From an uncultured Chloroflexia bacterium (lineage in GTDB: Bacteria > Chloroflexota > Limnocylindria > Limnocylindrales > CSP1-4): DNA of 64,000 nt. Every line of letters starts with the position of its first letter. Position 1 is the first letter of the stretch. Below, piece by piece: positions 1 through 9,689 of the stretch. The translations under genes and the position numbers were made by a program. The stretch covers positions 312,129 to 376,128 of the forward strand of contig CAVZLW010000003.1 in assembly GCA_963776285.1 (NCBI GenBank), written 5' to 3'. The notes under the pieces are model-generated. The model did not search any database. It was given only the letters and a program-made list of their open reading frames with translations, and was not told the DNA's origin.

Positions 1-2
1 CG

Positions 3-940
3 GACGAGCCGTCGTGGGAGCCGCTGGTCCTGTCCTTCTACCAGGTCGACGACTACCTGACGTGTCCCCTCAAGTACAAGTACGTGCACGTCATGCGCGT
101 CCCCATCGCTCCGCACCACGCCATCGTCTACGGCGCTGCCCTCCACCTGGCCGTGCAGGAGTTCCACCGCCGGCACGCCCGGGGCGACGTGATGAGCGAG
201 GAGGCGCTCGTCGCCGCCTTCGAGGCGGCGTGGTCCAACGAGGGGTTCGTCTCGCGAGAGCACGAGGAGGCGCGGCTCGATGCCGGCCGGCGGGCGCTGC
301 GCCGATTCCGCGACGAGCAGCTCGCGCCCGGCGCGGTGGTTCCCGCCTACGTGGAGCGCGAGTTCGTGTTCACGCTCGACGGCGACCGGGTCCGCGGGCG
401 GATGGACCGCGTCGACGTGGTCCCCGTGGAACCCGGCCCCGGTGCGCCGGTCGGCGGCGCCCGGAGCCTTCCCGACGGCCCCGGCGGCCAGGAGGGCCCG
501 GCGGCCCGGGCGGCCACGACGGCCCCGGCGGCCGCGACCCGGCTATCCCGGTGGGCACAGAGATCCGTGGCGCCGACTTCGTGGAGGACGTGCTCCCACT
601 GCTCCGGGAGCACGTCGTGATCACCGACTACAAGAGCTCCGACGTGCGTGACCCGGCCCGCGCCCGCGAGCGTGCGAAGGAGTCGCTCCAGCTGACGATC
701 TACGCCATGGCCTGGCAGGCCCAGACGGGCCGGCTCCCCGACGCGGTCGCCCTCCATTTCCTGGAATCGGGGCTCGTGGGCGCGGCGGAGGTGGACGCGG
801 AACGGGTCGAGAAGGGTGTCGCCGACATCCGATCGGCTGCGGCCGGGATCCGCGCGCGCCGGTTCGATCCCACGCCCTCCTACATGGCCTGCTCGTGGTG
901 CGCCCTGCGCGAGGTCTGCCCGGCGAGCGTCGCCCGGTGA
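3..940 (+). CDS. PD-(D/E)XK (RecB/Cas4/AddB-like) Fe-S nuclease domain protein, 5'-partial (runs off window start), interrupted by a frameshift
   Basis: Frame 3 from nt 3 reads DEPSWEPLVLSFYQVDDYLTCPLKYKYVHV..., continuing through EREFVFTLDGDRVRGRMDRVDVV (nuclease motif II-like) to a stop at 620. Frame 2 (ORF 14..940) carries ...VITDYKSSD (D-Y-K motif III) and a C-terminal C-x2-C...C cluster typical of Cas4/AddB Fe-S nucleases. The two frames join inside a Gly/Pro-rich GC repeat at about 430-600. Confidence 0.6.
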   Translation, partial: RAVVGAAGPVLLPGRRLPDVSPQVQVRARHARPHRSAPRHRLRRCPPPGRAGVPPPARPGRRDERGGARRRLRGGVVQRGVRLARARGGAARCRPAGAAPIPRRAARARRGGSRLRGARVRVHARRRPGPRADGPRRRGPRGTRPRCAGRRRPEPSRRPRRPGGPGGPGGHDGPGGRDPAIPVGTEIRGADFVEDVLPLLREHVVITDYKSSDVRDPARARERAKESLQLTIYAMAWQAQTGRLPDAVALHFLESGLVGAAEVDAERVEKGVADIRSAAAGIRARRFDPTPSYMACSWCALREVCPASVAR

Positions 941-950
941 GCGTGCACCT

Positions 951-1844
951 GTGAGCCACGCTCCGCCGCGCCCGGATCGCCATGTCACGGCGGGGCCGAC
1001 GCCTCACCCGGCGTCGCGTGCCGCGCCGAGCCGTGGGCCGCGCCCGCCGCTCTCCGCGATCACCTTCGACTTCGGCAACACGCTGGTCCCGGTGCACCGG
1101 GCGGGGCTGGAGGCCGTGGTGTCTGCCCTCGCCGACGCGGCGGCGGCCCGCTTCGGCGTCGCGCGCACCCCGTTCCTCGAGGCATGGATGGAGGAACGGG
1201 CGCGCCAGCTCCGCGAGGAGATCCCGCGCTTCCGGGAGGTCGACCTGACCGACCGACTCCGGCGTGTGCTGGCGCGCCTGCGGGGGATGCCGGAACCGTC
1301 GCCCGACGCGGCCTGGGACGACGAGGTGGCGGCCGGACGATCCACGCCGGACGAGATCGCCTTCGGGATGGACGTGTACAGCCGCGCCTTCGTGACCATG
1401 ATCCCCCCGGACCCCAGGGTCGCCGCCCTGCTGGCGCGGCTCGCCCGGCGATACCGCCTGGGGATCCTGTCGAACTGGCCCCTGGCCGTGACGATCGACC
1501 GGTACGCGGAGGCCGCCGGCTGGACCGCGCACCTGGCCGCGATCGTCGTCTCCGAGCGAGTCGGGACGATCAAGCCGCACCCCGCGATGTTCCGCGCCGC
1601 GGAGCTGGCCCTGGGCCGGGCCGTGGCCCGGCCGCCCGTCCCGGGCGCGATCCTCCACGTCGGCGACGACTGGGCGGCAGACGTCGTGGGCGCCCTTGGC
1701 GCAGGATGGAGGGCGGGCTACCTGCGGGCCCGGCCCGTCGACTCGCCGCTGCCGGGCAGCGAGCCCGGCGCCGACGCGATGCCGGACCTCGTCCTCGACC
1801 GACTTGAGGATCTGGAAGCGGCTCTCGACACCCTGGCGGACTGA
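951..1844 (+). CDS. HAD-superfamily hydrolase
   Basis: GTG at 951, 8 nt after the upstream stop. ITFDFGNTL (DxD-type HAD motif I), ...ILSNWP..., ...HVGDDWAADV... (motif IV). Confidence 0.75.
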   Translation: MSHAPPRPDRHVTAGPTPHPASRAAPSRGPRPPLSAITFDFGNTLVPVHRAGLEAVVSALADAAAARFGVARTPFLEAWMEERARQLREEIPRFREVDLTDRLRRVLARLRGMPEPSPDAAWDDEVAAGRSTPDEIAFGMDVYSRAFVTMIPPDPRVAALLARLARRYRLGILSNWPLAVTIDRYAEAAGWTAHLAAIVVSERVGTIKPHPAMFRAAELALGRAVARPPVPGAILHVGDDWAADVVGALGAGWRAGYLRARPVDSPLPGSEPGADAMPDLVLDRLEDLEAALDTLAD

Positions 1845-1962
1845 GCCCGCGCGGCGGCAGGCGGCCGGGTCGCCCGGTGCAGCCGGCCGGCGGTCCGGCG
1901 CGCGGTCCCGGCCGGCGTGCCGGTGTGCCGCCGGCGTCCGGCCCGCGGCTATCCTGCTCGCG

Positions 1963-2337
1963 ATGGAGACGCGCGACCGGCTCGCCAACCTCGCGATCCT
2001 CGGTGCCGCCATCGCCGCGTGGGCCGTCGTGGCGCTCGTCGTCCTCAATCGGGACCCGCGGCAGGATCCGATCGCCGGCGTCCTGGGCGCCGTCGCCATG
2101 GGGACTGCCGTGGGCCTGACGTCCGTGCCCCTCTTCTGGCTGGCTGTCTTCGCCCGCCACGGCCGGATCGCATATCGCGGCGACTGGCTTCGCGCCGGAC
2201 GGCGCGGCATGTGGGTCGGGCTCGTCGTGGGCCTCTTCGTCGAGCTCCGCCTCCTCGGCGTCTTCCTGCTGCCCATCGCCATCTTCATCGTCGTCCTGGT
2301 CCTGTTCGCCGAGCTCATGCTCTCCATCGAGCGCTGA
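1963..2337 (+). CDS. small integral membrane protein (3-4 predicted TM helices), unknown function
   Basis: ATG at 1963. Hydrophobic segments LAILGAAIAAWAVVALVVL, VGLTSVPLFWLAVFA, WVGLVVGLFVELRLLGVFLLPIAIFIVVLVLFA. Confidence 0.5.
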   Translation: METRDRLANLAILGAAIAAWAVVALVVLNRDPRQDPIAGVLGAVAMGTAVGLTSVPLFWLAVFARHGRIAYRGDWLRAGRRGMWVGLVVGLFVELRLLGVFLLPIAIFIVVLVLFAELMLSIER

Positions 2338-2364
2338 TCCGGCCATCGCCACCGGAGGTCGTCC

Positions 2365-3546
2365 ATGCCCGCCAACCCGGACCTGAAGGCTCGCGCCGCC
2401 GCAGCCGTCGAGGCTGCCCGCCCCGAGATCCTGGCGCTGTCGGCCCGCATCCACGCCACCCCGGAGCCGGCCTTCGAGGAGTTCAAGGCAGCGGCGTGGT
2501 GCGCCGAGGCGATCGCCCGCGCCGGGTACGCGGTCGAGCATCCAGCCGGACGCCTGGCGACCGCGGTGCGGGGGCGCCTGGTTGGCGGGAAGGGGGCCGC
2601 CGGCCCGAAGATCGCCGTCCTGGCCGAGTACGACGCGCTGCCCGGGCTGGGACACGGCTGCGGCCACAACACGATGGCTGGCTCGGGGGTCGGCGCGGCG
2701 CTCGCGCTGGCGGCGTGTCGGGATTCGTTCGCGGGGGAGATCATCTTCCTGGGCACGCCCGCCGAGGAGCGGGGGAGCGGCAAGCAGTTCATGCTCGACG
2801 ACGGGCTGCTGGACGGCCTGGACGCGGCGCTCCTCTTCCACCCCGCGGACCGCGACATGGTGGGGTGCATGCTGCTGGCCAGCGAGGACGTCGACGTCAC
2901 GTTCACGGGCAAGGCGGCGCACGCCGCGGGCGAGCCGTGGGAGGGCAAGAACGCCCTGGACGCGGTCGTCCTGCTGTTCCAGGCGATCGGGCTGTGGCGC
3001 CAGCAGCTCCCGCAGCACGCCCGGGTCCACGGGATCGTGGTGGAAGGTGGCACGGCCGCCAACATCATCCCGGACCGGGCGACCGCCAGGTTCATGATCC
3101 GGAGCACCAACCAGGCCTTCTTCGGCCAGATGCGGGAGCGTTTCCGGGCGCTCGTCGCGGGCGCCGCGATGATGGCCGACGTGGCGGGCGAGGCCGTCTT
3201 CTCGGGCGGGTCGACGACCATGAAGGACAACGAGGTGCTGGGCAGGCTGTGGCGGGCGAACCTCGAGGCCGCCGGCCGCGTCGACGAGGGGGTCGAGCCG
3301 GAGCACATCGGCAGCTCCGACATGGGCAACGTCTCGCGAGCCCTCCCCACGATCCACCCGTCGCTCGCGATCTGCGACCACGGGGTCCCGTGGCACTCCA
3401 TCGAGTCGCGGGAGGCCGCGGCCACCCCCCGCGCGGACGAGACGACGCTCCTCGCGGCCACCCTCGTCGCGCAGACGGCGCTGGACCTGCTGGCCGACCC
3501 GACGCTCGTCGAGGCCGCGTGGCGGGAGTTCCGCGCGGAGGGCTAG
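2365..3546 (+). CDS. M20D-family amidohydrolase (aminoacylase/hippurate-hydrolase-like)
   Basis: 393 aa. ...LAEYDALPGLGHGCGHN... metal-binding motif and overall M20 peptidase-dimerisation architecture. Confidence 0.85.
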   Translation: MPANPDLKARAAAAVEAARPEILALSARIHATPEPAFEEFKAAAWCAEAIARAGYAVEHPAGRLATAVRGRLVGGKGAAGPKIAVLAEYDALPGLGHGCGHNTMAGSGVGAALALAACRDSFAGEIIFLGTPAEERGSGKQFMLDDGLLDGLDAALLFHPADRDMVGCMLLASEDVDVTFTGKAAHAAGEPWEGKNALDAVVLLFQAIGLWRQQLPQHARVHGIVVEGGTAANIIPDRATARFMIRSTNQAFFGQMRERFRALVAGAAMMADVAGEAVFSGGSTTMKDNEVLGRLWRANLEAAGRVDEGVEPEHIGSSDMGNVSRALPTIHPSLAICDHGVPWHSIESREAAATPRADETTLLAATLVAQTALDLLADPTLVEAAWREFRAEG

Positions 3547-3707
3547 GGGCGCGGGAGGCCGCGATCTCACGCCGCCCAGCCGGCCGGCCGGCGGCCGCGC
3601 GCCGCCGGCCGTTGTGATGTTCGGCACTCCGCGCCGCCGTCGTTCGGCGCGATCGTGCGGCCGACGGACCGCGCGGGTTGGCGGTCGCGAGCACGAAGGG
3701 GGAGGTC

Positions 3708-4145
3708 ATGGTCGGGGCGATCATCCTGAAGCTTGGCGCCCGACGCGGCTGGGCGGCGGTCAATCGGCGGGACCTCGAACCCCTGCTCAAGTACGTGACC
3801 GACGAATCGGAGCTGGTGGTGCCCGGCCGGCCGCCCTGGGGCGGCACGTTCGTCGGGAGGGATGCATGGCGGGCCTGGTTCGAGGCCTGGTTCGCGGGGC
3901 TGGCGTCGTTCCGGTTCCGCGTGCTGAACGAGGCGCTGACGCGGCCGTTCGCGATCGGCTTCACGAACGTCGTCCTCACGGAGTTCGAGCTCGAGGCGAC
4001 GACCCGCGCCGGGCTGACCTTCCGCGGCCGTGGCGTCGACGTCTCCGAGATGCGCGGCGGGAAGTACGTGTCCGACCGGACCTACGCCTTCGATCTCACG
4101 GACGAGGAACATGCGCGTGCATCGATGGTGCCGCCCGTCGTGTAG
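3708..4145 (+). CDS. SnoaL/NTF2-like fold protein (ketosteroid-isomerase-like)
   Basis: About 145 aa ORF (alternative start 3678). Content ...LLKYVTDESELVVPGRPPWGGTFVGRDAWRAWFEAWF... is typical of the NTF2-like superfamily. Confidence 0.55.
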   Translation: MVGAIILKLGARRGWAAVNRRDLEPLLKYVTDESELVVPGRPPWGGTFVGRDAWRAWFEAWFAGLASFRFRVLNEALTRPFAIGFTNVVLTEFELEATTRAGLTFRGRGVDVSEMRGGKYVSDRTYAFDLTDEEHARASMVPPVV

Positions 4146-4301
4146 CGGGCGCCCCCGGGGTCCGGTTCGTCCTGCGCGCTATCATCCGCGGGCGCCCCGC
4201 CGGACGGCCGTACGAACCGGCGGCGCCGGCACCGGCGACCGACGCACGGCGCGACATTCGGGCCCCGCCCGCACCGTCGCGCGATCGCGAGGAGGTTTCG
4301 C

Positions 4302-5438
4302 GTGACCGACCGGCACGGCCCCGATCCCGCCGGAGGGGAGTTCGGGCGGCTCGACGCGTCCGGAGCCCAGGGCGCGATCGGCGCGTCGGGCAGGTCCGGC
4401 GGCCCGGACTACGGCCACCTCAACGGGTGGGACCGCGACTTCGAGGCCTTCGCCGACCTGGACCTGCCGACCTACGTCGGCCCCTCGACCTTCAGCAACC
4501 TCCCCTGGGTCACGGACCCGGCGGAGATCCGCCGTCGTGGCGTGGACGTGGCCATCGTCGGGGCGCCGTTCGACGACTCCGTCAGCCACCGGCCGGGCGC
4601 GCGGTTCGGTCCCCGGGCGATCCGCGAGGCGAACTACTCGAGCGGCTCGCTCAACTCGCTCCAGCTTGGCCACGTCGAGCCGTTCGAGGTGCTCGCGGTC
4701 GTCGATGCCGGCGACGCGAACGTCATCCCGGCCTGGATCGAGCGGGCCCACGCCTTCATCTACCGCAAGGTCCGCGACGTCGCCTGGGCGGGGGCGATCC
4801 CGATCGTCCTCGGGGGCGATCACTCGATCACCTGGCCGTCGGCGACGGCGATCGCCGAGGTACGCCGGCCGGGAACCATCGGGATCGTCCATTTCGACGC
4901 GCACGCCGATACGGCCCCGGAGGACTGGGGCGTCCTGGCGGGCCATGGCACGCCCATGCGGCGGCTGATCGAGAGCGGCGCCGTGGCCGGCAGGAACTTC
5001 GTGCAGGTCGGCCTGCGCGGGTACTGGCCGCCGGTCGATGTCTTCGAGTGGATGAAGGACCAGGGGATGCGCTGGCACTTCATGCGCGAGATCGAGGAGC
5101 GGGGTGCGGAGGCCGTCATCGACGACGCGATCGCCGAGGCGCTCGATGGGCCCGACGCCGTCTACCTCTCGATCGACATCGACGTGATCGACCCGGGCAT
5201 GGCGCCAGGCACCGGGACGCCGGAGCCCGGGGGCATGCTGACGCGCGAGGTCCTGCGTGCCATCCGGCGGATCGTCGGCGCCGTCGAGCTCGCCGGGATG
5301 GACATCGTGGAGGTGTCGCCGCCGTACGACCACGCGGAGATCACCGCCGCCGCGGCCAACCGGTGCGCGCTGGAGGCCATCTCTGCTCTCGCGGTGAAGA
5401 AGGCGGCCGGCCGCGAGGTGCGGTTCGCGCCGAGGTAG
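4302..5438 (+). CDS. speB: agmatinase / ureohydrolase (arginase family)
   Basis: GTG start preceded by GAGGAGG. Arginase-family Mn-binding motifs GGDHSIT, DAHAD, SIDIDVIDP. Confidence 0.8.
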   Translation: MTDRHGPDPAGGEFGRLDASGAQGAIGASGRSGGPDYGHLNGWDRDFEAFADLDLPTYVGPSTFSNLPWVTDPAEIRRRGVDVAIVGAPFDDSVSHRPGARFGPRAIREANYSSGSLNSLQLGHVEPFEVLAVVDAGDANVIPAWIERAHAFIYRKVRDVAWAGAIPIVLGGDHSITWPSATAIAEVRRPGTIGIVHFDAHADTAPEDWGVLAGHGTPMRRLIESGAVAGRNFVQVGLRGYWPPVDVFEWMKDQGMRWHFMREIEERGAEAVIDDAIAEALDGPDAVYLSIDIDVIDPGMAPGTGTPEPGGMLTREVLRAIRRIVGAVELAGMDIVEVSPPYDHAEITAAAANRCALEAISALAVKKAAGREVRFAPR

Positions 5439-5503
5439 CCCTGTCCGCGGCGGCCGGCCGACCCCGGCCGGCCGGCCCCCCTCCCACGTCGTACGATCAG
5501 CGC

Positions 5504-6382
5504 ATGACCGCTTCGACGGACCGCCTGGACCGGGAGACCTCCGCCGACGCCCTCGCCCGTCTCTACGACCTCGACCTGCAGGACGACCCCGGCGACCTCG
5601 ACCTGTGGACGGCCCTCGCGGCCGAGGCCGGCGGTCCGATCCTGGAGCTGATGGCCGGCAGCGGGCGGATCGCGGTCCCGCTCGCCGAGGAGGGGCACGT
5701 CGTCACGGCCGTCGACCTCGACCCCTCCATGCTCGCCCGCGCCCGCCGGCGGGCCGAGGCCGCCGGAGTCGAGGACCGCCTGGAGCTCGTGCTCGCGGAT
5801 GTCGTGGGGCTCGCGCTCGGCACGCTTGACACGAGCGGCACGACCCGTGCCGGTGGAGTGGGGCAGGCGGACGCCGACGGGATGCCGGAACGGCGCTTCC
5901 GACTCGCGTTCATCGGCCTCAACTCCATCCTGCTCCTGCCGGGTCGCGCCGCCCAGCGGGCGGCGTGGGAGGCGCTGGCCGCGCATGTCGAGCCGGGCGG
6001 CATGGCGGTCGTGGACGCCTGGCTCCCCGACGCTCACGACCTGGCGCGCTACGACGGCCGCCTTCACCTGGAGTATCACCGCCCCGACCCGGAGACCGGC
6101 CACTGGGTGACGAAGACCGCGGCCGCCCAGCACGATTCGGCAACCCAGACAGTTGCCCTCACGACGATCTACGAGGAGGGCGATCCGGGCGAGCCGGCCA
6201 GGCGCTGGGTGCGCCGGGATGTCGTCCGCCTGGTGACGGTCGAGGAGCTGCGGGCAATGGCAGAGTCGGCCGGCCTCACGGTGGAGCTCGTCGCCGGGGG
6301 CTACGACCTGGAGCCCCTGGGGCCCCATGACGATCGGGCAATCGTGATCGCCCGAATGCCGGGCTCCGGGGCGGCGCATTGA
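5504..6382 (+). CDS. class I SAM-dependent methyltransferase
   Basis: ATG 5504. ILELMAGSGRIAVPLAEEGHVVTAVDLDPSML (Rossmann motif I / acidic motif II). Confidence 0.75.
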   Translation: MTASTDRLDRETSADALARLYDLDLQDDPGDLDLWTALAAEAGGPILELMAGSGRIAVPLAEEGHVVTAVDLDPSMLARARRRAEAAGVEDRLELVLADVVGLALGTLDTSGTTRAGGVGQADADGMPERRFRLAFIGLNSILLLPGRAAQRAAWEALAAHVEPGGMAVVDAWLPDAHDLARYDGRLHLEYHRPDPETGHWVTKTAAAQHDSATQTVALTTIYEEGDPGEPARRWVRRDVVRLVTVEELRAMAESAGLTVELVAGGYDLEPLGPHDDRAIVIARMPGSGAAH

Positions 6383-6402
6383 GCGTGGTATCGTCGGAGC
6401 CC

Positions 6403-7554
6403 ATGTCCGCTTCAGCCTCCGGCCCGATCCGGCTCCTCCTCGTCGAGGACGTGCCCCAGGTCGCCCAGTACGTTCGCGGCCTGCTCAACGCCCAGAGCCA
6501 GATCAAGCTGGTGGATGTCGTCAATGACGGCGGGCGGGCCGTCGCCCAGGCGCGCCAGCTGCGGCCCGACGTCGTCATCGTCGACTGGCTGCTGCAGGGG
6601 CGGACGAAGGGCGAGAAGGTGGTCGGCCAGCTCCGCGAGGCGGGCCTCGGGATCCCGGTGGTCGTCCTCACCGTGCCCCAGAGCCCGGTGGCCAAGAACT
6701 CGGCGACCGGCATCGATGCGGTCCTGGGGATGCCATTCTCCGGCTTCGAGCTGGTCAACGTGGTGGCGTCCATCCACCAGGCCGCCCAGACTGCGAACGA
6801 GTCGATCCGCTCGAAGCTGATCGTGGTGTACGCCCCGAAGGGTGGCGTCGGCAAGACGACCGTCGCCTTCAATCTCGCCGTCGCCCTGGGCCAGGCCGGC
6901 ACGCGGACGGCACTCGTCGACGGCAGCCTGCAGTTCGGCGACCTCCGGTCGCTGCTCCGGGTCCCGGCAGACGCACCCTCGATCCTGGACCTCCCGACCG
7001 ATCGCATCGGCGAGTCGGACCTGCAGGACGTCCTGTGGCGTGACCCGTCGGGGATCGACATCCTTCTCGCTCCGCCCAGGGTGGAGATGGCCGAGATGGT
7101 CAGCGTGCGGGACGTCGAGAAGGCGCTCTCGCTCCTGCGCCGCCTCTACGGCGCCGTCGTCGTGGACATGCCGTCAGCGCTCGGCGACGTCCCGCTCGCG
7201 CTCCTCGACGCGGCCGACACGATCCTGGAGATCGTCACCTACGACTCGACGACGATCCGGAACACGCTGGCGATCGCCGAGGCCTTCCGGGCGATCGGGT
7301 ATCCCGCGACGAAGGTCCGCTACGTCGTGAACCGTGCCGACTCGATGGGCGGCATCACGGCGGAGGAGCTGGCGCGTGCCCTGGGCCGCGTGCCGGAGCA
7401 CTCGATCGTGTCCGACGGGATGCTCGTCGTCCAGGCGAACAACGAGGGCCTCCCGTTCGTCCTCGCGAACCCCGACGCGCAGATCAGCCGCGACATCGCG
7501 AGGCTGGCCGCGGAGGTCGTCGGCGCGAGCCCCGCCGTCGCCGGACGGCGCTGA
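6403..7554 (+). CDS. CpaE/TadZ-like protein: degenerate receiver domain fused to ParA/MinD-family ATPase with canonical deviant Walker A
   Basis: N-terminus is receiver-like (LLLVEDV..., ...VVIVDWLL..., VVVLT) but lacks the conserved Lys (AVLGMPF where ...K-P-F is expected). C-terminus has KGGVGKTTVAFNLAVAL. Alternative starts TTG 6379 and GTG 6385, overlapping the upstream stop. Confidence 0.75.
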   Translation: MSASASGPIRLLLVEDVPQVAQYVRGLLNAQSQIKLVDVVNDGGRAVAQARQLRPDVVIVDWLLQGRTKGEKVVGQLREAGLGIPVVVLTVPQSPVAKNSATGIDAVLGMPFSGFELVNVVASIHQAAQTANESIRSKLIVVYAPKGGVGKTTVAFNLAVALGQAGTRTALVDGSLQFGDLRSLLRVPADAPSILDLPTDRIGESDLQDVLWRDPSGIDILLAPPRVEMAEMVSVRDVEKALSLLRRLYGAVVVDMPSALGDVPLALLDAADTILEIVTYDSTTIRNTLAIAEAFRAIGYPATKVRYVVNRADSMGGITAEELARALGRVPEHSIVSDGMLVVQANNEGLPFVLANPDAQISRDIARLAAEVVGASPAVAGRR

Positions 7555-7558
7555 CGCG

Positions 7559-8479
7559 GTGGCCGACCCGCGCGCGATCGGCGTCTTCGACTCCGGGGTC
7601 GGCGGCCTCACTGTCCTCCGCGAGATCCTGCGCCGCCTGCCCGCCGAGTCGACCCTCTACCTCGGCGACAACGCCCGCGCGCCCTACGGCGTCCGCACCG
7701 ACGACGAGGTGCGGCGATTCAGCACGGAGTGCCTCGACCGGCTCGTGGGCGAGGACGTCAAGGCGCTGGTCGTCGCCTGCAACACGTCGACCGCGGTGGC
7801 CCTCGGCGAGTACCGGCGGCGCTACGACACCCCGGTCCTGGGCGTGATCCGGCCCGGCGCCCAGGCGGCGGCGCTGGCGACCCGCACGCGGCGCGTCGGC
7901 GTGGTTGCCACGCCCGCCACGATCCGATCCCACGCCTACTTCGACGCCATCAAGGAGGAGAACCCGGCGGTCGAGGTCTACGAGCACGCGACCCCGGCCC
8001 TCGTGCCGCTCGTCGAGGCGGGCGTGCTGGCCGGGCCCGACGCCGAGGCGGCGATCGCGGAGGCCCTGGCGCCGCTGGTCGGCCGGCGTGACGAGAACGG
8101 GGAGTTCATCCACCCGCTGCCGCCCTCCGCGAAGATCGACACGCTGCTCCTCGGCTGCACGCACTATCCGCTCCTCCGGGGCGTCCTGCAGGCGGCCGTG
8201 GGGGAGGGCGTCGCCATCGTCGACTCCGCGACGGCCACCGCGGGCGCGCTCGCCGAGCTCCTCTCCGTGAACGGCCTGGAGGCTCCCGGCTCGACGCGGG
8301 GCACGGCGGCCGACGCCGCCGGAGAGGGTCATCGCCCGTCCGGGGCCCGGGCCGCGCCGCCCGTGCACCGGCTCATGACGACGGGCGATGTCGCGGCATT
8401 CGCAGGGATCGCAGTCCGGATGTTCGGGGACGCCTTCCCGAGGGTGGAGGCGATCGAGCTGGAGGTCGTCGCCCGATGA
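7559..8479 (+). CDS. murI: glutamate racemase
   Basis: GTG 7559. IGVFDSGVGGLTVLREI, ...VVACNTSTA..., ...LLGCTHYPLL... Confidence 0.85.
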   Translation: MADPRAIGVFDSGVGGLTVLREILRRLPAESTLYLGDNARAPYGVRTDDEVRRFSTECLDRLVGEDVKALVVACNTSTAVALGEYRRRYDTPVLGVIRPGAQAAALATRTRRVGVVATPATIRSHAYFDAIKEENPAVEVYEHATPALVPLVEAGVLAGPDAEAAIAEALAPLVGRRDENGEFIHPLPPSAKIDTLLLGCTHYPLLRGVLQAAVGEGVAIVDSATATAGALAELLSVNGLEAPGSTRGTAADAAGEGHRPSGARAAPPVHRLMTTGDVAAFAGIAVRMFGDAFPRVEAIELEVVAR

Positions 8480-8495
8480 TCCCGGGCGCGAGGCG

Positions 8496-9689
8496 ATGAG
8501 CGGCCCCGGGCGCACGAACCGCCCGTCCTCCGGCGCCGTCTGGCAGGCGGGCTTCCTGGTCGGCGCCGCGCTCGGCGCGGCCGTCACCGTCCTGGGCCGC
8601 CGGGCCGAAGCCCGGGCGCGCGCCGGGCTCGTCGACTGGGACGCCGTGGAGCGCCTGGCCGACGCGCGACTCCGAAGCGCCCCGGGGCGCCTGGATCGGT
8701 CAGAGGTCGAGGCAAGCAGCCCGCTCTACGTGGAGGCCATGCACCGCGTCGTGCCGGCCCTGGAGCGGGCGCTGGAGACGCCGCTCCCCGGGATCGTCGA
8801 GCGGGTCGCCGTCGTCGACCGGGCCGGCTGGGTCCGCGCGAACCTTGCCACGTTCTCGGGTCTCTTCGGACGGCTCGAAGGGGACCTGCTCGACCAGATC
8901 GTCCCCCAGGGGGCCGGCCTGGGAAAGGCCTCGCTCGCGCTGGCGAACCGCTGGATCACGACGCGGCAGTTCGGGCTCCTCCTCGGCTTCATGGGCCAGC
9001 GCGTCCTCGGGCAGTACGATCTCGCCCTCCTCTCGGCCGAAGCCGAGCCCGGCCAGCTCCTCTTCGTGGAGGAGAACATCCGCCACACGGCCGCGGCCCT
9101 CGGCGTGCCGCTGGAGCCATTCCGGACGTGGATCGCGCTGCACGAGACGACCCATGCGTTCGAGTTCGAGGCCCACCCCTGGCTGCGACCGTATCTCGCG
9201 GAGCGCCTGGAGAAGCAGCTGGGCGGCCTGTCCCACAGCGCCGCCGACCTGGGCCGGGACGCCTCGCGGGCCCTGGGGCGAGCCCTCCGGGGTGGAGACG
9301 GGCACTGGCTGGAACGGCTCATGTCGGACGAGCAGCGCCGCCTGTTCCGGGAGACCCAGACCGTGATGAGCCTGCTGGAAGGCTTCTCCGACCACGTCAT
9401 GGACCAGGTGGGACGGGACCTGGTGCCCGGCGTCGAGACGATCAGCGCCCGCTTCCACGCCCGGCGCGCGACGCGGACGCCCATGGAGAAGGCGATCCTC
9501 CGGATCACCGGCCTCGACCTCAAGATGGAGCAGTATGCCCGCGGCGAGCGCTTCGTGGCCGGCGTCGAGCGCCTGGCCGGCCCCGCCGGGCTGCGGCGGC
9601 TGTGGGAGTCGCCGGAGACGCTGCCGCGGGAAGGCGAGCTGGCGCGCCCCGAACGCTGGGTCCGCCGGGTCATGGGAGCGCCCTCGTGA
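8496..9689 (+). CDS. zinc-dependent metalloprotease, DUF2342-like (actinobacterial zincin family)
   Basis: ATG 8496. HETTHAFEF zincin-like motif. Size and overall composition match the conserved actinobacterial DUF2342 hydrolases. Confidence 0.65.
   Translation: MSGPGRTNRPSSGAVWQAGFLVGAALGAAVTVLGRRAEARARAGLVDWDAVERLADARLRSAPGRLDRSEVEASSPLYVEAMHRVVPALERALETPLPGIVERVAVVDRAGWVRANLATFSGLFGRLEGDLLDQIVPQGAGLGKASLALANRWITTRQFGLLLGFMGQRVLGQYDLALLSAEAEPGQLLFVEENIRHTAAALGVPLEPFRTWIALHETTHAFEFEAHPWLRPYLAERLEKQLGGLSHSAADLGRDASRALGRALRGGDGHWLERLMSDEQRRLFRETQTVMSLLEGFSDHVMDQVGRDLVPGVETISARFHARRATRTPMEKAILRITGLDLKMEQYARGERFVAGVERLAGPAGLRRLWESPETLPREGELARPERWVRRVMGAPS

Noticed and set aside
621-3461. 946-aa minus-strand ORF (and overlapping 1570..3627 minus-strand ORF)
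   Set aside because: Extremely Arg/Pro/Gly-rich low-complexity translation. It lies antisense to three well-supported plus-strand genes (HAD hydrolase, membrane protein, M20 amidohydrolase). This is a typical antisense ORF produced by high-GC third-position bias.
3614-5503. Upstream 630 codons of the 922-aa plus-strand ORF 3614..6382
   Set aside because: Only the last 292 aa (from ATG 5504) form a recognisable SAM methyltransferase. The upstream portion is arginine-rich and overlaps the agmatinase and SnoaL-like genes in another frame.
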